From Escherichia phage vB_EcoM_UP17, in sequence record LR746137: a stretch of DNA of 64,000 bases; one strand, 5' to 3'. The first letter of the stretch is position 1. Each line of letters starts with the position of its first letter. This document shows positions 19,135-28,990 of the stretch, piece after piece. The notes below the pieces were generated by a model. That model saw nothing but the letters and a program-made list of their open reading frames with translations. It ran no database searches and was not told the origin of the DNA. Made by a program: the position numbers and the translations under genes.

Positions 19135-22100
19135 ATGGCAACATTCCCAACGTATCCAGCAACGTCTCTTGAACAGGGCGTAGATCTGGTTATTTTCTCG
19201 TCCAATCAACTTCATGATGTTATTAATGGAAGTGCGACAGAAAGTATTGAGACAGAATCAGGGTTGATACCAACCCTGAGAAAAGCCCTTGTTGATAACT
19301 TTTTCTTTAAAAGCCCATTGGATTGGGCGCAAGGCACAAATGAAACGGTTTTTAACCAACTACGTTATTTTCAGAATGGGGTATTGAGCGGTTATTATTA
19401 TGCTCCTAATGCTACATTGGTAAACCCAATCCCTATGCAAGGTACTCCAGTAGGAGATAACAACTGGGTATTGTGGGGATTGAAGACAGAACAATTGGCA
19501 ACAGAAGTCACACCTTGGGTATATTCTGGTGCAACTGGTTATGAAACAGTAATCAGTCCTCCTTACATCTTTGATAGTGCTATTGTTACGATCAATGGTG
19601 TTATTCAGGTTCTGGGGGAAGCTTTCCGTATAGAAGATAGTAAGATCATCTTATCTGAACCTTTGGGACACGATCCTGCAACAGGACTGCCAAACAAGCT
19701 TTTCGCTTATATTGGTAAAATCGTAGCTTCAGCAGATACAGATCCTAATCTAGAGAACCGTCTTGTTAGTTTAGAAACAAAAACGGAAGAACTAACAGAA
19801 AGCATGGATAAAGTCCCTCTGCAAACTATTGCTCGTAAATATGGTTTGTTAGATGGTGAGGTGGCTTACGCAACAGCAGGTCAATCGTTAACAGGGATTA
19901 AAGCTCTGTATGATCCGGTAGCACAGTCTTCCTACACATTACCTCCTAACATCACAGGAACTTTAACATCTTTGTCTGTTTCTGGAGTAATGACTTATTC
20001 TGGAGGGTCTGTAGATCTTTCTGCACTAGCTGTTGAACGTGGACAGTTTGTCCATTTGCCTACAAGCTTTGGTAATAATGTAACTCTGACAGCTAAAAAT
20101 CAGACGATTGGACGTGGTGCTGGTCGTTATCGTTGGGCTGGAAGTTTACCAAAAAGTATTTTGGCCTCTGACACATTAGAGACAAGCGGTGGATTAGGTC
20201 CAAACGCATGGGTTCTAACTAATACGGAAGGACTGTTAACCCCTCGTGGTGGAACATACAACGATTTATTCGATGTTGTCTACTTGTCAGAATTTGCTAA
20301 CAATACAACTACCTATACCACACCAGAAGCAGCTTTCCAGGCGGCACTGTTAGCAGCAAAAGCTTCGAAAAGTAAGATTCTCGATGCTTACGGTTGCGAT
20401 ATGACTTTCACGACAAGCTCTTTTGATATTCAAGGTATCACTTTGCGTGGTGGTGTGTTCCGTGGTCAACGCGACTATCGTGTGCAGAATGCTACAGTAG
20501 AAGGCACAACTTTCCGTAACTCTCGTGTTATGTATTGGGGTGGTGCTGTGCGCATGTTCGATTGTTTGTGGGACGGTGCTCCTCGCGCAGGTCAAGTTGG
20601 TAGCTTGGTATTCCAAGGCAACCCAATATCAGGTACTTTTGAAATTGATAATTGTACTTTTAAAAACGGGTTATATGGCATCCTTCAACAAGGGACAGGA
20701 GAACCAGTAACACGCGGTGTCTTCCGTAACCTTACCTTCATGGACATGCAAGGTGATGCGATAGAACTGAACGTCATCAATAAACATTATGATGATGGTT
20801 GTGTGATTGAGAATATTTACCTGTCTAATATCGATGGGACTAACGCTCCTATTCCTCTGTCCAACTGGGGTATCGGTATCGGTGTAGCTGGTAAAGGACC
20901 ATATGGTTACGGAATCCCTGATGATCAATATTGCAAGAATATTACAATTCGTAACGTTTTTGCAAAACGTTGCCGTCAGATTGTCCACGTAGAAGTTGGT
21001 CGTAATATTTCTATCGAAAACATTCATGGCGATCCAGATCAAACCGTATCTGTTGGGACAGGTTTGGCAACTGGCGCAGTTGTAATGTATGGAAGTAAAG
21101 ATTTTACGATTGACGGTGTTTATGGAGAGCCTAAAACAGACGGTAGCACACTTGCAAGTAATATCCGTATGATTTATTTGGAGTGGGGAACTAACGCAGT
21201 TCTGGACGAAGAGGGTAATCCGGTAGTTCCGGCACAGGGTAGACCTTCAAACCCATGCTTTAACTATTCTGTTCGTAACATTCACACCAAAACTGGGCGT
21301 GTTTTTGCGGGAGTTTCCGCTGGGCCAGGTTATGAAAACAGAGTTAGCTTTGAAAATATTCGTTGCGCTGCATTGCAGTTGTTCGGTATAGCTTCTTGGC
21401 TTTCAATGTCTAACATCACCTGTAATATCTTCGATTGTGTTGGTCAACCTGAATCTGGTCCAGGGACATTTTATGATGGATTCTTCCGTAGAGAAAAATC
21501 TGTTCTTGAAATGGTTAACGTAAACTGTTACCCAGATGGCAAGACGATGGTTACTGGTCGTCCACAGTGGAGCCGTTGCCGTTACTCGGATATTCATCGT
21601 GTCAACTGTAATGTTGAAGCTAATATGTATACCAATATCGCAGGTGGTATTGGAGCTATTGTAGGGACAACGGGCAAAGTTTATTACTTAGAGCCTAATC
21701 CTAGTCGAAACATTGATGGAATGCATTTCCCAACAGGGAAAGAGTTTGACAAAGGTGATATGATAGTCAAGGCGGATAATACGTTCTTCCTTGTAACAAC
21801 AAGTGGGGCATATATTCCAGATATCCCAGCTTTCGGTATTCGAGCTACACAAGCAGGAGATACCTTCCTGACACAGAACTTGACTCCTAACGGGACAGCA
21901 ACAAATGCTTCTTGGTTGTATCATTACCCTCTGTCAGCAGGGACACGTATCCGTATTCCTGGTGCTGGCGTAGGTGGAGCAGATTTGGACACAGTTATTA
22001 CTCGTGCACCTTATCAAGATAATGATACGTGGACTAACCCAGTTAAAATAGACATTGCAGATCCAATTGTAACGCCTACAAGTGCTGGAGTTAGAATTAA

Positions 22101-22188
22101 AACCATACCTAATGATTCCAGTAATGTTTCTGTAGGTAATACTGCGGTTATTCGCCCAACGCCAGTAGTAGATGTGCCAACAACCTAA
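19135..22188 (+). CDS. Tailspike with beta-helix (pectate-lyase-like) central domain
   Basis: 1017 aa; central region with repetitive Asn/Gly/Val-rich beta-helix-like rungs. Confidence 0.5.
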   Translation: MATFPTYPATSLEQGVDLVIFSSNQLHDVINGSATESIETESGLIPTLRKALVDNFFFKSPLDWAQGTNETVFNQLRYFQNGVLSGYYYAPNATLVNPIPMQGTPVGDNNWVLWGLKTEQLATEVTPWVYSGATGYETVISPPYIFDSAIVTINGVIQVLGEAFRIEDSKIILSEPLGHDPATGLPNKLFAYIGKIVASADTDPNLENRLVSLETKTEELTESMDKVPLQTIARKYGLLDGEVAYATAGQSLTGIKALYDPVAQSSYTLPPNITGTLTSLSVSGVMTYSGGSVDLSALAVERGQFVHLPTSFGNNVTLTAKNQTIGRGAGRYRWAGSLPKSILASDTLETSGGLGPNAWVLTNTEGLLTPRGGTYNDLFDVVYLSEFANNTTTYTTPEAAFQAALLAAKASKSKILDAYGCDMTFTTSSFDIQGITLRGGVFRGQRDYRVQNATVEGTTFRNSRVMYWGGAVRMFDCLWDGAPRAGQVGSLVFQGNPISGTFEIDNCTFKNGLYGILQQGTGEPVTRGVFRNLTFMDMQGDAIELNVINKHYDDGCVIENIYLSNIDGTNAPIPLSNWGIGIGVAGKGPYGYGIPDDQYCKNITIRNVFAKRCRQIVHVEVGRNISIENIHGDPDQTVSVGTGLATGAVVMYGSKDFTIDGVYGEPKTDGSTLASNIRMIYLEWGTNAVLDEEGNPVVPAQGRPSNPCFNYSVRNIHTKTGRVFAGVSAGPGYENRVSFENIRCAALQLFGIASWLSMSNITCNIFDCVGQPESGPGTFYDGFFRREKSVLEMVNVNCYPDGKTMVTGRPQWSRCRYSDIHRVNCNVEANMYTNIAGGIGAIVGTTGKVYYLEPNPSRNIDGMHFPTGKEFDKGDMIVKADNTFFLVTTSGAYIPDIPAFGIRATQAGDTFLTQNLTPNGTATNASWLYHYPLSAGTRIRIPGAGVGGADLDTVITRAPYQDNDTWTNPVKIDIADPIVTPTSAGVRIKTIPNDSSNVSVGNTAVIRPTPVVDVPTT

Positions 22189-22194
22189 TGGAAT

Positions 22195-22213
22195 AGAGGG
22201 GGAATCCCCCTCT
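22195..22213 (+). terminator. Terminator-like hairpin
   Basis: AGAGGGGG-AAT-CCCCCTCT followed by TCTTCTTCC, just after the stop at 22188. Confidence 0.45.
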
Positions 22214-22249
22214 TCTTCCAATAGAATGGTCTAATGATAGGAGAGATAA

Positions 22250-24274
22250 ATGAATTTAACAAGACCTAATAGTGCGATAGCCGATCTGGTAGAAGCTACT
22301 TATCGAAAACGTCGCAGCTTTGAGGCAGGTTTTACATTACGTAATTCCCGTGAAGTTTTGCTGTTAGCAGCAGAAGGGAATTATTACCAATGGAAAGGAA
22401 CTTTTCCTAAAGTAGTTCCAGCAAACTCTACGCCAGCCACCACAGGTGGTATTTCTTCCCTTGCATGGCAAAGTGTTGGGACCGCTGATGATATAGCAAT
22501 TATCAATGCCAAGTTTACGGCAATGCAGCAACAAATTGATGATCTGTCGGAAACAATACCTGAAGCTGGTAAATCGGCTTATCAGATCGCACTTGATAAT
22601 GGTTTTGTTGGAACAGAAGCACAATGGCTTGCCTCTTTGAAAGGGGATACTGGTGCTCAACTTAATATTAAAGGATCGTTAGCAAGCACTAGTGAACTAC
22701 CATCCACAGGTAACGTTGCAGGGGATGGTTATATCGTAGGTGATGTAATCTACGCTTGGGATGGTTCTGTTTGGAAACTTATTTCTTCTCTTGGGCCAGA
22801 AGGTAAATCAGCTTACGAGGTATGGTTGGCAGATGGTAATACAGGATCTGTTTATGATTTTCTTACCTCTATAAAAGGTGATAAAGGTGATGTTGGTCCT
22901 ACAGGGCCACAGGGAGCACCTGGTGTTAACGCCAACGGTTTTGATTATCGTGGGGATTTGCCTTCTACAAGTAACTTACCACAACCTAACTCTGAAAACG
23001 TAAGCCAAGCTTATTCTATCAATGGTAATCTTTATGTCTCTAACGGGACAGCTTGGGTCAACATGGGTAATATTGTTGGTCCTCAAGGTCCACAAGGTGA
23101 GGCAGGTAAAGACGGTCTTGATGGAACAGATGGAGATGAAGGGAAATCTGCATATCAAAGTTGGCTGGATGCTGGTAATGAAGGGACAGAAGTGGATTTT
23201 ATTGCCTCACTTAAAGGTCCAAAAGGAGACAAGGGTGATCAAGGAGAGCGAGGTCCACAAGGTGAACTAGGTCCACAAGGACCAGTGGGTGCAACAGGAT
23301 CAGGCTTAGAGATTATCGGGGTTCTGAACAGTGAAGCTGAACTTCCTCCTACTGGAGAAGTAGGTGATGCATATAAAATTAATAATGATTTGTATGTTTG
23401 GGTTCAAGATGCTACGGAATGGATGAATGTTGGCAGTCTTGGAGGAACATCAATTACAGCTAAAGGTCATGTTCCGAACAGTGAAGCTCTCCCTGTTTAT
23501 AATAACTATGGCGATGCCTACTTAACTGAAGACACCAGTAATCTTTACATCTATACCTACGATCAAGACACCAATTCCGCATCTTTTGTTGACATGGGAA
23601 GTATTAAAGGCGACAAAGGTGAAAAAGGGGATAAAGGGGATAAGGGTGATCCTGGAACAAATGGAACCAACGGTACTGATGGGACCAACGGTAAGGACGG
23701 CGCACAGTGGTTTGTAGCAACAACTAATCCAGTCGCAGGAGACGGTGTTATCAATGATTACGCCTTCAATACTACCACTGGAGCAGTGTTTAAGAAAACA
23801 GATTCTTCTACGTGGACACTTATAGGAACTCTTCCTAGTATACCAGAAGCCCCTCAAGACGGCTTGACGTATGGTCGTTCTGATGGAAACTGGATCGAAA
23901 TATCAGGATCAGATCCTACAGAAGCTATAACACCAACTAGAGTTACAGCAGGTTTCATGGAACTTGAAACAACTACTGCCAACTCTGGAGCATCTTGGAC
24001 TCCTTCTGGAACTTCCAATATGTATGTTGTTACAGTAACTGATGCTCTGACAGTTGGAGCATGGCCTGGTGTCACTGGCTCTACAAAACCTAAAGCGTTT
24101 TCAGCAATGATTTATTTGATTCAAGATACAACGGGACACACGGTTACACTAGATGCGTCTTATGGAGCACTAAATGATACAGAAATAGCAACTACTGCTA
24201 ACGCAGTAACAATTTTGCAATTAACGTATCCTGGTGTGGGTGATATCGTGGACATGGTTGTTGTAACACGATAA
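22250..24274 (+). CDS. Tail fiber with collagen-like G-X-Y segments and repeated fiber modules
   Basis: Three G-X-Y runs (GPQGPQGEAGKDGLDGTDGDEG; KGPKGDKGDQGERGPQGELGPQGPVGATG; GDKGEKGDKGDKGDPGTNGTNGTDGTNGKDG) and three copies of GKSAYQ...W(L/D)...LKG modules. Confidence 0.65.
   Translation: MNLTRPNSAIADLVEATYRKRRSFEAGFTLRNSREVLLLAAEGNYYQWKGTFPKVVPANSTPATTGGISSLAWQSVGTADDIAIINAKFTAMQQQIDDLSETIPEAGKSAYQIALDNGFVGTEAQWLASLKGDTGAQLNIKGSLASTSELPSTGNVAGDGYIVGDVIYAWDGSVWKLISSLGPEGKSAYEVWLADGNTGSVYDFLTSIKGDKGDVGPTGPQGAPGVNANGFDYRGDLPSTSNLPQPNSENVSQAYSINGNLYVSNGTAWVNMGNIVGPQGPQGEAGKDGLDGTDGDEGKSAYQSWLDAGNEGTEVDFIASLKGPKGDKGDQGERGPQGELGPQGPVGATGSGLEIIGVLNSEAELPPTGEVGDAYKINNDLYVWVQDATEWMNVGSLGGTSITAKGHVPNSEALPVYNNYGDAYLTEDTSNLYIYTYDQDTNSASFVDMGSIKGDKGEKGDKGDKGDPGTNGTNGTDGTNGKDGAQWFVATTNPVAGDGVINDYAFNTTTGAVFKKTDSSTWTLIGTLPSIPEAPQDGLTYGRSDGNWIEISGSDPTEAITPTRVTAGFMELETTTANSGASWTPSGTSNMYVVTVTDALTVGAWPGVTGSTKPKAFSAMIYLIQDTTGHTVTLDASYGALNDTEIATTANAVTILQLTYPGVGDIVDMVVVTR
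23078..23299 (+). repeat. Collagen-like G-X-Y triplet repeats (two runs interrupted by a GKSAYQ module)
   Basis: Gly at every third codon from 23078 (GPQGPQGEAGKDG...). Confidence 0.7.
23609..23701 (+). repeat. Collagen-like G-X-Y triplet repeat run
   Basis: GDKGEKGDKGDKGDPGTNGTNGTDGTNGKDG encoded from 23609. Confidence 0.7.
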
Positions 24275-24277
24275 CAG

Positions 24278-24302
24278 AAGCCCCGAAAGGGGCTTTCTTT
24301 TT
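24278..24302 (+). terminator. Rho-independent terminator
   Basis: AAGCCCC-GAAA-GGGGCTT hairpin followed by TCTTTTT, just after the stop at 24274. Confidence 0.65.
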
Positions 24303-24315
24303 ATGGAGGGTTTAA

Positions 24316-26991
24316 ATGTTTCCAATTCCAATATTTACTATTATGACCAGCACTGGTGTCGTTCCTCTGCCAGCAGGTATTGTTAAAAAAGTAATCACTT
24401 TAGATTACCCAGATAATGCTGGTAATTCTAACAGCAGTTTAGCAATTTTGCTTAATGATGGTAGATTGTTTACTCAAGGCGCAAACCTTTTTGGTGAGAT
24501 TGCAGATGGAACTCGTAGTGCACGATTCAATAATTTCCACTTAGCTTCTACTGTAGTAGCGGATGTGTTTACCGCAGATCGTTGTTTTGTTATTAAAACT
24601 AACAGTGGGGGATGGCAATATTCAGGATTGACAGCAGGATTGGTAGGATCTATAGCAGCAGGTGGTACGGACGCATGTGTAACTACTTGGACCAGCTTTC
24701 CATCTGTAATAACAGGGACTATCTCTTTAGCCAATCTTAAAGAGGTTAAGGGAGGATATAACAACACTCTCTGGTTAATGAATAGTGGTGTTCTTTACGG
24801 ATCTGGTCAAAACACAGTAGGCAGTTTAGGTGCAAGTACTACTAACGAAGTTTCTACTCCTCGTCAGATAACAAGTGCAGCAGTTGCTTTTGATGCAGGT
24901 TACAACCAATGCTCTTATGTCAACAATGTGGGAACCTTGCGTGTTTGTGGAGCTAGTAAAGGTTTAGCAGGTAATAATAACACAACAACAGCTTTTGTCA
25001 ATGCCAAGATATCCGCTACTGAAACAGTGTATGTCAAAGATTACATCAATACAGTTTCCCAGACAATAGTTGTAGGAGATACCTCCGGTGGCACGGGTGC
25101 AGTAAACTACTTATATGTTAGATCTAATACAGAAACAACCTACACTAAACTGGATACCTTTGCAGCAGGTTTCTCAACATGGAAATTTCCACCAAGCCGC
25201 CACTCTTTTTTCGTTGGGATCAATAATTCCTTGTGGGCTATTGGTAAGAACTACACTGCAAACTTAGGTTTGGGGTATGATTCTGCGAGCGGAGATCCAC
25301 TTCAAGTGGGAAAACCAGTTAAACCTGAAGGAGTGGGTTCCTGGGATATAAACAAGCTCACAAGCGTTCATACGCTGAATATGGATGTTACTAACCAATT
25401 AGGTTATCAAGGAACCTTTTTCGTTTATAATGGAGATATGTATTATTCCGGTATTTGGAAAGATGGAAAAGCCTCGTATCTGTTCAATAGTGGTCTAAAC
25501 TATAATAAATTCACACCAATAGCAAGCTCCGTGATTACGGGTGATATTCTGGCAACTGGCTTAACTACGGATTCTTTAGGAATTTGTATTGTAGGTGGAA
25601 CTAAACAGTTGACACATTCTGTTAGCCCAGAAGGAGGTAAACTTTTCAATATTAAATATACTTCTTCTGCCCCTGCAAACATGACAATATCGTCTACTGG
25701 TTTAATGACTTTCCATGCAGAAGGTGGTTTTGATGCAGGTATGACAGCCTTAAACGCTGAAGGAACAACTTTATCAGATACCTCTGGAGGATATGCTTCA
25801 ACATTGAGTGTTTACACCCCTAGCTTATCTGCGATGGATGTAGGAACAACACAAACAATGGTAGCAGAAATAACGCCAACAGGAGCAGCAAGCTTACCTG
25901 GCATGGTTGTTGAGTATTTCTCTAATGACCCTACGGTAGCAACAGTTGACCCCGTTACAGGCGTTATTACAGCGGTTGCTGATGGAGGTTGTCGTATCGG
26001 TTGTAGAGCAACTTATCAAGGTGTGGTAACTGCCGAAGATAGTTCTTATCTCACAGTGAATGCTGTGGTGATTGTGATGGATTATGATTTGACGCAAGAA
26101 ACTATTCCGGCGGATGTAAAGGTCAACAGGAGTAACCGTTATGCCAGGGCTTCTGGAGATATCCTTGTACCTACAGAGAGTTCTGCTCCCGTAGCACCTT
26201 TAGAATATGTTGGTACAACTCCACAAGGTAGACGTGTTGTAGCAGCCAACCGTACACATATCTTTATCAACAATAACTTGACAACAGCTTCCCCGTGGTT
26301 GAAGACGAACTTGACAGTCACAGCATCAACAATCAACTCTCCGGTTGGAACTACGGCTAACACTTACAAGTTAACACCTTCTACAACTTCAGGACAACAT
26401 ATTTTATCAGCAGTGAATACAGCTTCTGATATTACAGCAGGTAAGCACTGGGCGGCATCCGTATTCTTGAAGCCAGATGGGATCACTAAAGTGAAACTCA
26501 AATTGACTTCAGGAGATGAGATTAACGAAGGGACTTATGATCTTGTAGCTGGAACATTTACAGGTGCAGATGCAAACATAATCGATATGGGGAATGGTTG
26601 GTATCGTGTAATTCTACACAAAGTGACAGTTGCCAAACAAGCATCTATAACCTATGAGATTATAGCTTTGAATGCAAGTGGATCAGACACTTTCGCAGGA
26701 GATGGTACGGCAGGTCTTATTGCTTGGGTTCCACAGCTTGAGATGGGGGATATGACAAATCCAGTTTGGGCGGGGACACCATTTGTTTGTTCTTATGCAC
26801 GAGACACTACCAGTGCTGTTACCTTCACTATTCCTAAGAATGGACATACTGGCGTGGACATTTACCACACTGATGGTACTGTGCAACGAGAGGTCTTCAC
26901 TGGTACAGCTACAACTTGGATGTTGACGTTCACCGCCGCAAGTGCGGATTGGGGATCGAAGTTCATTACAGGTTTGAAATATTACGACTAA
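24316..26991 (+). CDS. Tail fiber/adhesin with Ig-like (Big_2-type) domain
   Basis: 891 aa, Thr/Ser/Gly-rich; Big_2-like segment ...VAEITPTGAASLPGMVVEYFSNDPTVATVDPVTGVITAVADGG...; last gene of the + strand block. Confidence 0.5.
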   Translation: MFPIPIFTIMTSTGVVPLPAGIVKKVITLDYPDNAGNSNSSLAILLNDGRLFTQGANLFGEIADGTRSARFNNFHLASTVVADVFTADRCFVIKTNSGGWQYSGLTAGLVGSIAAGGTDACVTTWTSFPSVITGTISLANLKEVKGGYNNTLWLMNSGVLYGSGQNTVGSLGASTTNEVSTPRQITSAAVAFDAGYNQCSYVNNVGTLRVCGASKGLAGNNNTTTAFVNAKISATETVYVKDYINTVSQTIVVGDTSGGTGAVNYLYVRSNTETTYTKLDTFAAGFSTWKFPPSRHSFFVGINNSLWAIGKNYTANLGLGYDSASGDPLQVGKPVKPEGVGSWDINKLTSVHTLNMDVTNQLGYQGTFFVYNGDMYYSGIWKDGKASYLFNSGLNYNKFTPIASSVITGDILATGLTTDSLGICIVGGTKQLTHSVSPEGGKLFNIKYTSSAPANMTISSTGLMTFHAEGGFDAGMTALNAEGTTLSDTSGGYASTLSVYTPSLSAMDVGTTQTMVAEITPTGAASLPGMVVEYFSNDPTVATVDPVTGVITAVADGGCRIGCRATYQGVVTAEDSSYLTVNAVVIVMDYDLTQETIPADVKVNRSNRYARASGDILVPTESSAPVAPLEYVGTTPQGRRVVAANRTHIFINNNLTTASPWLKTNLTVTASTINSPVGTTANTYKLTPSTTSGQHILSAVNTASDITAGKHWAASVFLKPDGITKVKLKLTSGDEINEGTYDLVAGTFTGADANIIDMGNGWYRVILHKVTVAKQASITYEIIALNASGSDTFAGDGTAGLIAWVPQLEMGDMTNPVWAGTPFVCSYARDTTSAVTFTIPKNGHTGVDIYHTDGTVQREVFTGTATTWMLTFTAASADWGSKFITGLKYYD

Positions 26992-26998
26992 TAAAAAA

Positions 26999-27018
26999 GG
27001 GAACCCGCAAAGGTTCCC
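26999..27018. terminator. Bidirectional rho-independent terminator between convergent blocks
   Basis: GGGAACC-CGCAAA-GGTTCCC hairpin flanked by an A-run upstream (26992-26998) and T-run downstream (27019-27027). Confidence 0.7.
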
Positions 27019-27054
27019 TTTTCTTTTATAAAAACTCTTTATAAATCAATAAGA

Positions 27055-27942
27055 TTAGAATGGGATATCATCGTCGAAGTCCATTGGAGGTTCTTCTTGA
27101 TTGCTTGGAGTTGGTTCTGGTTGTGGTTCAGGTTTCTTCTCTTCTTTCTTCTCTTCTTTCTTAGGTTGTTCTGCGGAACCACGAATGGCAGCAGCAACTT
27201 TATCAGACAGAGCCAGAACTTTACGAGCAGAGTCAATCAGATCTTCTACAGATACAGTCTTAATGGTATGGTCTTTACAAGCATTGAGAATAGCGTGACC
27301 AACAGATGCCCCAAGATCATAATCATTAATATCAACGCCACGAGATTCAGCAATTTCAGATTTCAGCGTGACAGTTGCAGATTGAACAACCCCAGCGATA
27401 TCGAAAGCATCGCCTTTAACACCATTACGAATCAGTTCCAGTGCACCATTTACTGCGTGACCAGTTTCCAGACCTACAGTATCACGTTTTTTATAGGACT
27501 GCTTAGGAGCAGCATCGTTGGAACCTTTATTGCCAGAAGATTTGTTAGACTTCTGAACACCATCGGTAGACAATACTGTAATACGAGATTTTTTAGTATT
27601 GTAGTAAGTCTTACCGCCTTTATTATCAACGCGATCAATATCAATACTTACTTCTACACCTTTTTCAATAGTGATCCAATTATCACCTTCTTTGACTTGC
27701 AGGTTTTCATAACCTTCTTTCAGTTCAATGTCACCAAGAGAAATCCAAACACCTTTCTCATCTGGTTTAGCACCTTTCTCTTTCAGAACAAGAGAAGCTC
27801 GGTGAGTTGAAACAATCGTTTTCCCTTCCCAATGAAAAGTTTTAGGTTCAGCGAATTTATCCAGTTTAACGTAGTCTACGATACCAGTTGCATAAGTTAC
27901 GGTTTTGCCTTTACGATCAGTTTCAGTATTAATTACGGACAT
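27055..27942 (-). CDS. ssb: Single-stranded DNA-binding protein with E. coli SSB-like acidic C-terminal tip
   Basis: 295 aa; KKEEKKEEKK/Pro-rich linker, then C-terminus ...SNQEEPPMDFDDDIPF, which closely matches the E. coli SSB tip as I recall it. Confidence 0.65.
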   Translation of the reverse strand: MSVINTETDRKGKTVTYATGIVDYVKLDKFAEPKTFHWEGKTIVSTHRASLVLKEKGAKPDEKGVWISLGDIELKEGYENLQVKEGDNWITIEKGVEVSIDIDRVDNKGGKTYYNTKKSRITVLSTDGVQKSNKSSGNKGSNDAAPKQSYKKRDTVGLETGHAVNGALELIRNGVKGDAFDIAGVVQSATVTLKSEIAESRGVDINDYDLGASVGHAILNACKDHTIKTVSVEDLIDSARKVLALSDKVAAAIRGSAEQPKKEEKKEEKKPEPQPEPTPSNQEEPPMDFDDDIPF

Positions 27943-27958
27943 TATTATCTCCTCTACA

Positions 27959-28351
27959 TTACATTAATTTTGCACAGAAAGAGCGGAGTCTTTCCATATC
28001 ATCTTGCTCTAACAGGTATTTACCTTTACCTATTCCAACTCCAATTTCACCATTAGGAAAATGAACTATTTGCACTGGGAAACCTCCGAGTTTAATTGTG
28101 GCAGCTTTGCCTTCTTCGTCTATAACGTTTCGGATTGTATCTTGCAGTGAAATGAATTCTTTGTTTGTAACAGTGGTTTCAATTATTTCAGATGTTTCGA
28201 CACGAGCAGTTAGCTTCTTGTTTCCACCTTGAATAACCAAAATTTGAAAATAAAAAGAGTTGTCAAGACCTACAACATTTTTCTCAACTAGTGTCAAACT
28301 GGTATAGTTTCCATAAACAGTTTCAACAGCTATCTTAGAACGTTCAGTCAT
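27959..28351 (-). CDS. Hypothetical protein
   Basis: 130 aa ORF in operon context. Confidence 0.5.
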   Translation of the reverse strand: MTERSKIAVETVYGNYTSLTLVEKNVVGLDNSFYFQILVIQGGNKKLTARVETSEIIETTVTNKEFISLQDTIRNVIDEEGKAATIKLGGFPVQIVHFPNGEIGVGIGKGKYLLEQDDMERLRSFCAKLM

Positions 28352-28396
28352 TGAATGCTATCCTATCATAAAATGTTTAATATTGTCAAGCTTTAA

Positions 28397-28990
28397 TTAC
28401 CAAGGAATATCATCTTCTTCCAATCTGGTATCTACTTGAGGTGGACGTGGAACCTTAACCTCTTTCACAAAACGAAGATATGGGAAACGTGTAGCAATTT
28501 TAATAACATGTTTGGCATCTTCTCTAACATCTTTGTGCAAGAAGCAGATCCCTGTTTCCAAGGTTGTTTCAAAATCTTTAGAATAATAACAGTCCTTCCC
28601 ATCAAATGCAGCCTGGCAGATGGAAAGATCAAACTCATTTAGAAAGGTTGTCATTACATTTGGGTCCATGATCATAAGGTTGCAAAGCTGACCGTCACGT
28701 TCAAACTCAAAAACGTGTTTAAGACCAGTGCCACCTTCATAACTATCAGAAGCCTCTTTGTTTCCTAGTTTACGAATATTGGTTCCCATTAAAGCAGATG
28801 CAATTAATCCTTGTATTTGTTCTTCAGTCCGATGTGCAGGAAGGGATGTATAGAAATCCAGATCACGTCCAGCAATATCAAGAATACGCCAATCACGAAC
28901 AGCACCGCCAGCCAAGACAGAATTAGGATCAGCGATCTTTAATACGGTAAGAATTTCTTTGGCAATATTGATTTGTTTTGATTTAGTCAT
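28397..28990 (-). CDS. Pol-beta superfamily nucleotidyltransferase (CCA/poly(A)-polymerase-like head) with SSB-tip-like C-terminus
   Basis: GGAVRD ... DLDFY (G[GS]-x-D-x-D nucleotidyltransferase signature); C-terminus ...RLEEDDIPW resembles the SSB tip. Confidence 0.5.
   Translation of the reverse strand: MTKSKQINIAKEILTVLKIADPNSVLAGGAVRDWRILDIAGRDLDFYTSLPAHRTEEQIQGLIASALMGTNIRKLGNKEASDSYEGGTGLKHVFEFERDGQLCNLMIMDPNVMTTFLNEFDLSICQAAFDGKDCYYSKDFETTLETGICFLHKDVREDAKHVIKIATRFPYLRFVKEVKVPRPPQVDTRLEEDDIPW

Noticed and set aside
27097-27810. 237-aa plus-strand ORF of F/L/S-rich low-complexity sequence
   Set aside because: Lies entirely antisense to the SSB gene; the composition is the reverse-complement shadow of its Lys/Glu/Pro-rich linker. 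No RBS or coupling context.
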